64,000 nt of DNA from a virus: the IMG/VR virus record IMGVR_UViG_3300012017_000779, positions 1 through 64,000 of that record; one strand, given 5' to 3'. The notes beneath the pieces were generated by a model, which made no database searches, was not told the DNA's origin, and saw only the letters and a program-made list of their open reading frames with translations. This document shows positions 1 to 7,952 of this stretch, piece by piece. The number at the start of each line of letters is the position of its first letter. The stretch's first letter is position 1. A program made the translations under genes and the position numbers.

Positions 1-2
1 TA

Positions 3-281
3 TCTGGTCATATCAAAGACAAACAGGTAGATGATAAAGGAGAAATGGTAATGGCAGCTAACATAGATTTAACTGGTAAAATTAAATCCTTAATATGTGC
101 TAATGCTGATGCAATAGGATATATGTTTAGAAAAGGAAATAAAACAATTTTATCTTTTAAAACTAATGAAGAAGTAACTTGTGGTGCAAGACCAGAGCAC
201 TTAAGAAATGAAGAGATAGTAGTTTCTGAAATGAATGACAAAGGTGAAATTATTTTTCACTGGGATAAAATATATGTGTAA
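3..281 (+). CDS. AAA-family ATPase (Sak4/AAA_24-like), C-terminal part; gene starts before the window
   Basis: Frame is open from base 3 (SGHIKDKQ...DLTGKIKSLICANADAIGY...GARPEHL). This matches the C-terminal half of the phage ATPase usually found next to SSB and primase in crAss-like phages. Confidence 0.65.
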   Translation, partial: SGHIKDKQVDDKGEMVMAANIDLTGKIKSLICANADAIGYMFRKGNKTILSFKTNEEVTCGARPEHLRNEEIVVSEMNDKGEIIFHWDKIYV

Positions 282-301
282 CAAATAAAAACAAAATAAA
301 A

Positions 302-982
302 ATGGGATTAAGTACAACAGACTTGGGCACAGGCTCAGGAGGAGTAAAAACAATTGCACCAGGCAATCATTTATTAAAAATTAATAGTCTTGTATTAGAA
401 GATTTTAGATTTCTTGATAATGCTTATCATTTAATTTTAAATGTAGAAACTGAACCAATTGCAGGTTTTGAAGGATTTATGATTGATAAAGATGATGAGT
501 CAAAAGGACACTATGAAGGTCAAATTGGTAGAGTAAAAGCTAGTCAATATGCATTTGCAGATGGTTTAACTAAATCTGGAATTAAAATTCAGAGAGACAG
601 ATCAATATTAATTTTCTTACAAAATTTATCTAAAACTCTTGGTTTTAATGAATGGTTTGTAGGAGAAAATGATAAACATAAAACTATTGAAGATTTTGTA
701 AATGCTTTTAATAAAGCAGGTCTTTTTCAAGATAAGTATTTAGAATTTTGTGTAGCTGGTAAAGAATACTTAAACAAATCTGGTTATATCAATTATGATA
801 TGTATTTGGCTAAAGCAGAAAAAGGTAAATATGCTTATGGTGAAATTGAACAAGGTAAAGTTTTAGTATATGATGAAGCAAAACATCTTAAAAAACTAGA
901 AGTTACTGAAGTAAATAAATTTGGTGATGATGATGATTTTTCTACAACTACAAAATCAAGTTCTGATTTCAATTTAGACTAA
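302..982 (+). CDS. Putative single-stranded DNA-binding protein
   Basis: 226 aa with an acidic, aromatic-tipped tail (DDDDF...SDFNLD), between the ATPase and primase. Confidence 0.55.
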   Translation: MGLSTTDLGTGSGGVKTIAPGNHLLKINSLVLEDFRFLDNAYHLILNVETEPIAGFEGFMIDKDDESKGHYEGQIGRVKASQYAFADGLTKSGIKIQRDRSILIFLQNLSKTLGFNEWFVGENDKHKTIEDFVNAFNKAGLFQDKYLEFCVAGKEYLNKSGYINYDMYLAKAEKGKYAYGEIEQGKVLVYDEAKHLKKLEVTEVNKFGDDDDFSTTTKSSSDFNLD

Positions 983-997
983 TTAAAACTTAGTTAT

Positions 998-1027
998 AAG
1001 AGGAATCAGAAATGGTTCCTCTTTTTT
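998..1027 (+). terminator. Intrinsic terminator
   Basis: AAGAGGAA-N10-TTCCTCTT hairpin followed by a T-tract after the SSB stop. Confidence 0.75.
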
Positions 1028-1045
1028 ATTGTTAAAATTTATATC

Positions 1046-2029
1046 ATGATTTCAACTAAACACATAATTTCAGATTTAAAAGATGTACCAAGAGAATGGG
1101 TTTTTGAAAATTATTTAAATTTAAAAGAAAAACTCACAGGACAAGATGTAAAAATATTGTCTGCTTTTAATTCAAAAGATAAAGTACCTTCAATGTGTAT
1201 TTATACAGATACAATTTCAGGATATTATAAGTTTAAAGATTTTTCATCTGGTATTCAAGGAGATAGCATAGAATTAGTTAAAGCATTATATAATATGCCA
1301 ACTAGAGCTAATGCAGTAAATAAAATACTTTCTGATTATGAAGACTTTCTTGCTAATAATACTTTTTTTGAAAAAAGAGAGTTTAAGATTCATGATAAAT
1401 TTAAAGTAGTTGACCATGAAATAAGACATTGGAATACAATAGATCAACAATATTGGACAAGATTTAAAATTGGTTCTAAATTACTTGAGCATTATAATGT
1501 ATCACCATTGCAGTATTTTACAATGAAAAAAAAAGATATAGATGGTAATATACTTTTATTTAAATTTGAAAGACCATATACTTATGGTTATTTTAGAAAT
1601 GATGGTTCTTTGTATAAAGTTTACATGCCAAAAAATTCTGATAAAAAATTTATTAAAGTACAAAATTATGTACAAGGTTTTGATCAAGTAAGTTATGAAA
1701 AAGATTATTTAATTATAACTTCTTCTTTAAAAGATCTTATGGTATTTCAAAAACTTAGAATAGTTAATGCAGAATCTATAGCACCAGACAGTGAAAATAC
1801 TATGATTCCAGAGTCTACAATCAACAAACTTAGTAAAAGATATAAATCTATAATTATATTGTTTGATAATGATGAACCAGGAATAAAAGCTGCTGAAAGA
1901 TATAAACATAAATATAATTTTAGTTATGTTGTTCTCCCTATGGAAAAAGATTTATCTGATTCAGTAGCAAAACATGGTATTGATAAAGTTAGAGATATAT
2001 TATTACCTTTACTAAAACAAGCATTATGA
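1046..2029 (+). CDS. dnaG: DNA primase (TOPRIM domain)
   Basis: C-terminal TOPRIM motifs (IITSSLKD, ILFDNDEPG, KDLSD) and N-terminal FKDFSSG..GD. Confidence 0.85.
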   Translation: MISTKHIISDLKDVPREWVFENYLNLKEKLTGQDVKILSAFNSKDKVPSMCIYTDTISGYYKFKDFSSGIQGDSIELVKALYNMPTRANAVNKILSDYEDFLANNTFFEKREFKIHDKFKVVDHEIRHWNTIDQQYWTRFKIGSKLLEHYNVSPLQYFTMKKKDIDGNILLFKFERPYTYGYFRNDGSLYKVYMPKNSDKKFIKVQNYVQGFDQVSYEKDYLIITSSLKDLMVFQKLRIVNAESIAPDSENTMIPESTINKLSKRYKSIIILFDNDEPGIKAAERYKHKYNFSYVVLPMEKDLSDSVAKHGIDKVRDILLPLLKQAL

Positions 2030-2451
2030 GTTGGATTTACCAGGGTAAAAAGTTTACTGAAACAAATATACCAGAAAATGGTATTGGATTTATCTATCAC
2101 ATGTCAGTGATATTAAATGGAAATACTTATGCCTATATTGGTAAAAAGAATTTCTTTTCAAATGTAAAAAAGAAACTTGGTAAAAAAGCTTTAGCATTAG
2201 TTACTGATAAAAGGTTAAAGAAATATACTAAAGAACAAAAAGCTAATTTTGAAAATTACTATAGTAGTAATCAACAATTAAAAGAAGCTCACAAAGCAGG
2301 AGTTATTATTAAAAGAGAGATCTTGTTAATTTGTTATTCTGCTACAGAATTAACTTATCAAGAAGTAAAGCACCAGTTTAAATATGAAGTGCTTGAGAAA
2401 GAAAATTATTTAAATGCCAATATCCTTGGCAGATTTTACAAAACAAAATAA
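2026..2451 (+). CDS. GIY-YIG family endonuclease (Seg-like)
   Basis: GFIY...YIGKK...YYSS...REIL...E motif set. Confidence 0.7.
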   Translation: MSWIYQGKKFTETNIPENGIGFIYHMSVILNGNTYAYIGKKNFFSNVKKKLGKKALALVTDKRLKKYTKEQKANFENYYSSNQQLKEAHKAGVIIKREILLICYSATELTYQEVKHQFKYEVLEKENYLNANILGRFYKTK

Positions 2452-2453
2452 TT

Positions 2454-2861
2454 ATGAATGAAAATGAAATGACAGACCTTCTATTAAAGTTGGCTGACCT
2501 TGGTGTGACCGGAATTAAAATATTCTACTCAGGTAGTGGAGATTCAGGAGATATTGATGATGTTGTATATACTACAATTAAAGAAGCTAGTTTTTATGAT
2601 ATTATGAATTTAAGTAATTATGGACAAGAAAACACTCTTTATTTAGCAGATCTTGATGGTTATCTTAGAGATGACTTAATAGACTTTGCAAATGAAAAAA
2701 TTCTAAATGGTATAGAAGATTGGTGGAATAATGATGGTGGTTATGGAGTAATGCTTATTAAAATTCCTTCAGGTGAATATGAAATCAGTAATACTATTTA
2801 TGTTACTGATACTGAAGAATTTGCACATGATGGAGATTTAATTAGTAAAAGTTTACAATAA
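2454..2861 (+). CDS. DUF6878-like protein
   Basis: Acidic protein with YSGSGDSGDID and DWWNNDGGYG motifs. Confidence 0.65.
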   Translation: MNENEMTDLLLKLADLGVTGIKIFYSGSGDSGDIDDVVYTTIKEASFYDIMNLSNYGQENTLYLADLDGYLRDDLIDFANEKILNGIEDWWNNDGGYGVMLIKIPSGEYEISNTIYVTDTEEFAHDGDLISKSLQ

Positions 2862-2881
2862 TGGCACATCCAAATAAATAA
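2861..2881 (+). pseudogene. Orphaned 5' stub (MAHPNK*) of the DUF6915 gene
   Basis: ATGGCACATCC overlaps the DUF6878 stop (TAATG) and duplicates ATGTCACATCC at 3545. Confidence 0.6.
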
Positions 2882-2888
2882 ATATATT

Positions 2889-2925
2889 TTGTAATATGAT
2901 TATTTTATAGTACATTTACAATATA
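2889..2925 (+). promoter_or_regulatory. Putative promoter carried by the HNH element
   Basis: TTGTAA-N16-TACATTTACAATATA resembles the TATATTTACAATATA motif upstream of the gene starting at 39388. Confidence 0.4.
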
Positions 2926-2940
2926 TTTAATTATAATCTT

Positions 2941-3543
2941 ATGAGCAAATTTAAAAAAACAATGGTTTTTACTTCAGGAGAAGTTTTAAAAACTACAAAA
3001 GGTGTATTAACAGATTGGACATTTATTAGTGAATCTCATTCTAATCCAATTACTGGTAGAAGATATATAAATGCTAAGTGTAAGTGTGGTAGAGAAAAAA
3101 CTATTTGTATTAACAATATTAGATGTGGTAATAGCATATGTTGTGGAAAAACACCTTGTGGAAAAAAAATAACTAAAGAAAGAGATATAGAAGTAGGTTA
3201 TAGATGTATTTTGTATGTATATAAAAAACATGCAAAAGATAGAGGATTTACTTTTGATCTTGATTATGATTATTTTAAAAAATTAACAAAAGGTAACTGT
3301 CATTATTGTGGAATAGAACCTATTCAGGTTTATCAATTAAAAAACCCTAAAACTGGTAAAATTAGATCTGGTGTACCTGTAATATATAATGGTGTAGATA
3401 GAGTTGATTCAACTAAAGGTTATTTTAATAATAATGTAGTTACTTGTTGTAAAATTTGTAATAGAGCAAAGAGTAATTTACCTCTTGATGATTTTAAAGA
3501 GTGGATAAGTAAAGTTTATTTAAAAACAATTAAAACTAATTAA
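2941..3543 (+). CDS. Free-standing HNH homing endonuclease
   Basis: N-terminal CKCG..CG Zn motif; C-terminal CHYCG...GVDRVDS..GY...NVVTCCKICNRAK. Confidence 0.85.
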   Translation: MSKFKKTMVFTSGEVLKTTKGVLTDWTFISESHSNPITGRRYINAKCKCGREKTICINNIRCGNSICCGKTPCGKKITKERDIEVGYRCILYVYKKHAKDRGFTFDLDYDYFKKLTKGNCHYCGIEPIQVYQLKNPKTGKIRSGVPVIYNGVDRVDSTKGYFNNNVVTCCKICNRAKSNLPLDDFKEWISKVYLKTIKTN

Positions 3544-3544
3544 T

Positions 3545-3892
3545 ATGTCACATCCGGTACTGCATGCAAAATCAGCTGCAAAGAAATTTGGTGGAAAATG
3601 GGAAGATTACATAGCTATTGAGGAGTGGTTTGATGAAACTAAGGCTTGGATAGGACACAGTAAGCATAGAATGTTTAGACATCATAGTGAAGGTATATTT
3701 GAATGTGAAAAAGTATTTGGTAACTCATTTATAAATTCAGATGGTAAAACTGTATACACTAGATATGTTGGAGAACAACATGTAAAAGAAGATTGTAATA
3801 ATTACATTCCTACTGCTAAAGAATGGGTTGATATGATATCATCAGGTAAACCTAAAGAATGGGCAATTAAAACACTTAAAATAGAAGACTGA
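3545..3892 (+). CDS. DUF6915-like His-rich protein
   Basis: HP..HA.S..KKFGG..EDY...WFDETK...HRMFRHHSEGIF...EQHVKED pattern. Confidence 0.75.
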   Translation: MSHPVLHAKSAAKKFGGKWEDYIAIEEWFDETKAWIGHSKHRMFRHHSEGIFECEKVFGNSFINSDGKTVYTRYVGEQHVKEDCNNYIPTAKEWVDMISSGKPKEWAIKTLKIED

Positions 3893-4113
3893 TGAAAACT
3901 TTCAAAGAGATAAGAAATGAGTATGGTTATGTTGGATTAGTTCAAATTGTAGAACCAGAATATGGTGGTGATTATGGTTATGTAATTTATTATAAACCAA
4001 CTCATTTAGCTGTATTACATTGGAACAAAGGATTTGAAACCTATGAAGAAGCTGAAGAAGCTTGTTTAAAAGAATTAAATGAAATTGTAAAAACTTTAAA
4101 AATAGAAGACTAA
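3892..4113 (+). CDS. Hypothetical protein (73 aa)
   Basis: Coupled by TGATG; ends KTLKIED, identical to the upstream gene's end. Confidence 0.7.
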   Translation: MKTFKEIRNEYGYVGLVQIVEPEYGGDYGYVIYYKPTHLAVLHWNKGFETYEEAEEACLKELNEIVKTLKIED

Positions 4114-4250
4114 TGAAGATTATTGGAATAATAGTATTGGTTATACTAGGAATCAGTTTATTACTGTTAACATGCATGGGTTTGTATGCTCTTTGGTTTA
4201 TGGCTTTTCCTGAATTTATTAATAAAATAAAAACTAAAATTAAAGACTAA
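4113..4250 (+). CDS. Small membrane protein (45 aa), not in ORF track
   Basis: MKIIGIIVLVILGISLLLLTCMGLYALWFMAFPEFINKIKTKIKD*; TAATG overlaps at both ends; long hydrophobic segment. Confidence 0.7.
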   Translation: MKIIGIIVLVILGISLLLLTCMGLYALWFMAFPEFINKIKTKIKD

Positions 4251-4960
4251 TGGAAAAAATAATAAAATGGTCAGGATATGATTGGATAACTCAAGAAAGA
4301 TGGGGAAATATTCATCCAGATAAACTATATAACTGGTATGATTCAAGTGCTGTAGAAATTGTAGGAGAAAACTTAGTATTAAAAACTCATTACAATCCTA
4401 AAAAGTTTACAGTTAATAACAAGAAAATTATAAGTAACTATGGTGTCGGGTTAGTTTCTAATACAACCAAATTTGAGTATGGCTATTTTGAAATAGAAGC
4501 AAAATTACCAACAGGTAAAAATTTATGGCCTGCTTTTTGGATGTGGTCATTTGATGCTTGGCCTCCAGAAATAGATATTCTTGAAGCTTATAGTTCTATA
4601 AAAAAACCATCTTATTTTAAATTTTATTTAGACTCATTGTTTGGTTTTTGGAATGTTCAAACAAACTATCATTATGAGACAAAAGATAAAAAAGGATCAG
4701 TTGGAGGTAAAACACATTGGTTTGGATTTAAAAATCCACAAAAAAACTTTATTAAATACGGATGTTTATGGGAAGAACATCAAATTGTTTTTTATTACAA
4801 TGAAAAAGTAGTTAGAATTATTAAAGATAAAGCAATACTAAGCAACCTTAAAGGTGCTAAAATGAATGTTATAATAAACAATCACATTAGAAAAGATATT
4901 GGTAATGTTGGCTCATCTGAGTTTATTATAAAAAGCTTTAAGTACACAAAAAATATGTAA
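4250..4960 (+). CDS. Glycoside hydrolase family 16 (beta-glucanase/laminarinase-like)
   Basis: F.YGYFEIEAKLP.G..LWPAFWM...WPPEIDILE, containing the catalytic ExDxxE motif. Confidence 0.9.
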   Translation: MEKIIKWSGYDWITQERWGNIHPDKLYNWYDSSAVEIVGENLVLKTHYNPKKFTVNNKKIISNYGVGLVSNTTKFEYGYFEIEAKLPTGKNLWPAFWMWSFDAWPPEIDILEAYSSIKKPSYFKFYLDSLFGFWNVQTNYHYETKDKKGSVGGKTHWFGFKNPQKNFIKYGCLWEEHQIVFYYNEKVVRIIKDKAILSNLKGAKMNVIINNHIRKDIGNVGSSEFIIKSFKYTKNM

Positions 4961-5005
4961 TAAGTTATATAAAACATTAATTAAAACATTTAAAATAGAA
5001 AAATA

Positions 5006-5128
5006 ATGACAGAAGAAGAATTATATAAGTGGATATACAATTTAAAATTGCAAACACTTACAGATGAACTTAAAGATACTATAGTTGAAAAAATTCAAGA
5101 TGTAGTTTGGACTTTAACAAATAAATAA
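5006..5128 (+). CDS. Small hypothetical protein (40 aa), not in ORF track
   Basis: MTEEELYKWIYNLKLQTLTDELKDTIVEKIQDVVWTLTNK*; starts in the junction repeat (TAATG) and abuts the next ATG at 5130. Confidence 0.55.
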   Translation: MTEEELYKWIYNLKLQTLTDELKDTIVEKIQDVVWTLTNK

Positions 5129-5129
5129 T

Positions 5130-5534
5130 ATGATTTTAAACAAACAAGAAATTAAAAACATATTGAATATGTTACTTTCTGAAGATAAAGAAAATGCTAT
5201 AATTGCTTTTTCTTGTCTTAATAATTATGCTAGTAAAAAATATTTAGGTGAATTATTAGTATTATATCAATTTGGTAAAACATCAACTGAAGAATGGGAA
5301 AAAGAATGTAAAAAAGTTTTTAAACTTATAAAAAATGTTTTAAAACTTAATAGTACAAACTATAGATTTCCCTCTTCTACAGTATTTTCTGCTTTAATAG
5401 ATAATAAATGTAGTAAAGAATCAATAGAATTATATTTAGAATTATTTACTAATCAACTTTCTAATAATTTATATAATATGGGTTACCCTACAGATAAAAT
5501 AGAAATTAGTGTAAAAATAAAAGACAATGACTAG
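5130..5534 (+). CDS. Hypothetical helical protein
   Basis: 134-aa ORF overlapping the VWA gene start; N-terminal MLLSEDKENAIIA motif. Confidence 0.7.
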   Translation: MILNKQEIKNILNMLLSEDKENAIIAFSCLNNYASKKYLGELLVLYQFGKTSTEEWEKECKKVFKLIKNVLKLNSTNYRFPSSTVFSALIDNKCSKESIELYLELFTNQLSNNLYNMGYPTDKIEISVKIKDND

Positions 5535-6714
5535 AGAAGATACCTTAAGTAAAACAGGAAAAGATTTAATGTTGAAAGAGCCCTATTATGGGTTCTTTCT
5601 CATTAAGCTAAATAAAATTTGGAATAAAAGAATACCAACTGCTGGTGTTTGTAAAAATGGTATTAATTACCAATTAGCAATAAATGAAGATTTTTGGACA
5701 AATTTATCTGAAGATCATAGATTAGGCTTACTTAAACATGAGCTTTTACATATTGCTTTTGGTCACTTAACTACAGTATTTAAATTTAGTGATAGAAGAT
5801 TAGCAAATATTGCTATGGATATGGAAATAAATCAATATATTAGTGATGACTTACTACCAGAAGGTGGTATTGATATTAATAATTATCCTGATTTAAATTT
5901 AGAAACTAAAGCAGGTTGTAGATATTATTATGATAAGCTTAAAGAAGCTAAGAATGAGAAAGATACAAATGGTACAAGTGGTGATGAAAAATATGATGAT
6001 CTTTGTGATCAAATGGATGCTGGTGATGGTGCTGATCTGCCTGACCATAGTACTTGGGATGAGTTTGAAAATCTTACAGAAGCTGAACAAAAACTTATTG
6101 AGAAACAAGTACAGAAAATACTCTCAGATGCAAAAGAAGACACAATTAAGAAGAGAGGTAATGTACCTGGAGAAATAGAAGGTGTTCTTATACTTGAAGA
6201 AGTTGTTGCTGCTAAGTTTGATTGGAAAGGATATATCAGAAGATTTAATGGAATTTCAACTAAAGTTTATACTAAAAAAGTTAGAAGAAAAGAAAATAAA
6301 AGATATGATGCAAATCCTGGCCTTAAAATTAAGATGAAACAGCATATGTTATTGGGTATTGATACTTCTGGTTCAGTAAGTGATCATGAACTACAAGAGT
6401 TTATGAATGAAATACATCATATACATAAATCAGGTGTAGATATTACAGTTATACAATGTGATACAAGAATCAATTCTATTGAAGCTTACAAAGGTAAATT
6501 AGAAATGACTGTATCAGGAAGAGGAGGAACAGAGTTTGATCCTGTCTTAAATTATTATAATGAAAATCAAGGTTTATATACAAGTTTAGTATATTTTACT
6601 GACGGTGAATGTAATACATCTGTAACACCAAAAGGAAATGTTCTTTGGGTTTTGTCAGAACAATCATATATGAATGAAGATCTTCCAGGTAAGGTCATTA
6701 AATTAGAATTATAA
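5527..6714 (+). CDS. Metallopeptidase-like + VWA domain protein (DUF2201 family)
   Basis: HELLH (HExxH), NIAMDMEINQ, MIDAS DTSGS, GRGGTEF and YFTDG. Confidence 0.85.
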   Translation: MTREDTLSKTGKDLMLKEPYYGFFLIKLNKIWNKRIPTAGVCKNGINYQLAINEDFWTNLSEDHRLGLLKHELLHIAFGHLTTVFKFSDRRLANIAMDMEINQYISDDLLPEGGIDINNYPDLNLETKAGCRYYYDKLKEAKNEKDTNGTSGDEKYDDLCDQMDAGDGADLPDHSTWDEFENLTEAEQKLIEKQVQKILSDAKEDTIKKRGNVPGEIEGVLILEEVVAAKFDWKGYIRRFNGISTKVYTKKVRRKENKRYDANPGLKIKMKQHMLLGIDTSGSVSDHELQEFMNEIHHIHKSGVDITVIQCDTRINSIEAYKGKLEMTVSGRGGTEFDPVLNYYNENQGLYTSLVYFTDGECNTSVTPKGNVLWVLSEQSYMNEDLPGKVIKLEL

Positions 6715-6724
6715 AAAGAAAATT

Positions 6725-7894
6725 ATGAGTCAAGTACAATTAAATGTTGAAGAATTAAAAGGATTTATTAAGCACATGGTTAACAATAACCAACATATTC
6801 AAAAGGAAGGTAAGGTTCCTGTAGCTATTAATATTGAAGGAGATGCAGGTCTTGGTAAAACTTCTGCTATTATGCAGTTAGGTAAAGAACTTGATATGCA
6901 AGTAGTAAAACTTAATCTATCTCAGTTAGAAGAATTAGGTGACTTAGTTGGTTTTCCTGTAAAAGAATTTGAAATAACAAATGCTGAAGGTAAAACTACC
7001 TGGATTAATGAATCTCAAATAAATGCAGCTACTGCAAAAGGTTATAAAGTATCAGGAAAAAGAATGTCTCATGCTGCTCCTGAGTGGATTCAAGGGAAAG
7101 GTGAAGGTGGTTTCTTGGTATTAGATGATTATACTAGAGCTGACCATAGATTCATGCAAGCTACCATGGAGATCTTAGATAGACAAGAATATGTTTCTTG
7201 GAAACTTCCTAAGAACTGGCATGTAATCTTAACTACTAATCCAGACAATGGTGACTATAATGTTACTAGTCTTGATGTAGCTCAGAAAACAAGATTTATC
7301 TCATGTGAGCTTAAGTATGATGTAAAAGTATGGGCTAAGTGGGCTGAGACCGCAAATATTGATGGTAGATGTATAAATTTTATGTTAATGCATCCTGAAT
7401 TAGTCACACAAAAGATTAATCCAAGATCAGTAACTACATTCTTTAATGCTATTAGTTCTATTTCTAAGTTTGAAAATGACTTACCTTTAATCCAAATGAT
7501 TGGTGAAGGTTCAGTTGGTCCAGACTTTAGTTCTATGTTTACTATGTTTATTAATAATAAATTAGATAAGATTATTTCTCCGGAAGATATCTTGACTAAA
7601 GATGAAGCATATGTAATGGGAGCATTAGATGCTTCTGTAGGTAAAGATGATGATTTTAGAGCAGACTTATCTAGTATTATTGCTACCAGAGTAATAAATT
7701 ATTCTTTGGTTTATTCTGAAAAGAATACAATTACAGATGCATTTACTAATAGATTAATTAAACTTACTACAGATTGTAATGCATTTACTGATGACCTTAG
7801 ATATTATATGATTAAGGAAATTGTAAATGGCAATAAACTTAAGTTTAGTAAGTTGATGATGAACAGTGATGTTGTTAAAATGGCTGTAAAATAA
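6725..7894 (+). CDS. MoxR-like AAA+ ATPase
   Basis: Walker A GDAGLGKTS, Walker B LVLDDYTRA, TTNP and LDVAQKTRF; adjacent to the VWA gene. Confidence 0.85.
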   Translation: MSQVQLNVEELKGFIKHMVNNNQHIQKEGKVPVAINIEGDAGLGKTSAIMQLGKELDMQVVKLNLSQLEELGDLVGFPVKEFEITNAEGKTTWINESQINAATAKGYKVSGKRMSHAAPEWIQGKGEGGFLVLDDYTRADHRFMQATMEILDRQEYVSWKLPKNWHVILTTNPDNGDYNVTSLDVAQKTRFISCELKYDVKVWAKWAETANIDGRCINFMLMHPELVTQKINPRSVTTFFNAISSISKFENDLPLIQMIGEGSVGPDFSSMFTMFINNKLDKIISPEDILTKDEAYVMGALDASVGKDDDFRADLSSIIATRVINYSLVYSEKNTITDAFTNRLIKLTTDCNAFTDDLRYYMIKEIVNGNKLKFSKLMMNSDVVKMAVK

Positions 7895-7910
7895 ATTAAT
7901 TATTAATCAT

Positions 7911-7939
7911 AATAAGGGAGGGTAAAACTTCCCTTATTT
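7911..7939 (+). terminator. Hairpin / probable terminator
   Basis: AATAAGGGAG...CTTCCCTTATT inverted repeat after the ATPase stop; weak T-tract. Confidence 0.55.
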
Positions 7940-7952
7940 AATATAAAACAAA

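Larger units (their letters stand above)
3865..5008 (+). repeat. Dispersed gene-junction repeat (AAAACWYTTAAAATAGAAGACTRATG-like)
   Basis: Copies at about 3865-3894, 4088-4115, 4229-4252 (degenerate) and 4979-5008. Each ends in an overlapping stop/start. Confidence 0.7.

Noticed and set aside
2861-3545. Group I intron carrying the HNH
   Set aside because: Only about 60 nt of flanking sequence, no ribozyme core, no U/G splice junctions restoring the frame, and the downstream gene has its own ATG.
3865-5008. CRISPR array or integron attC sites
   Set aside because: Repeats are degenerate, non-palindromic and separated by whole genes of variable length; no cas or integrase gene in the window.
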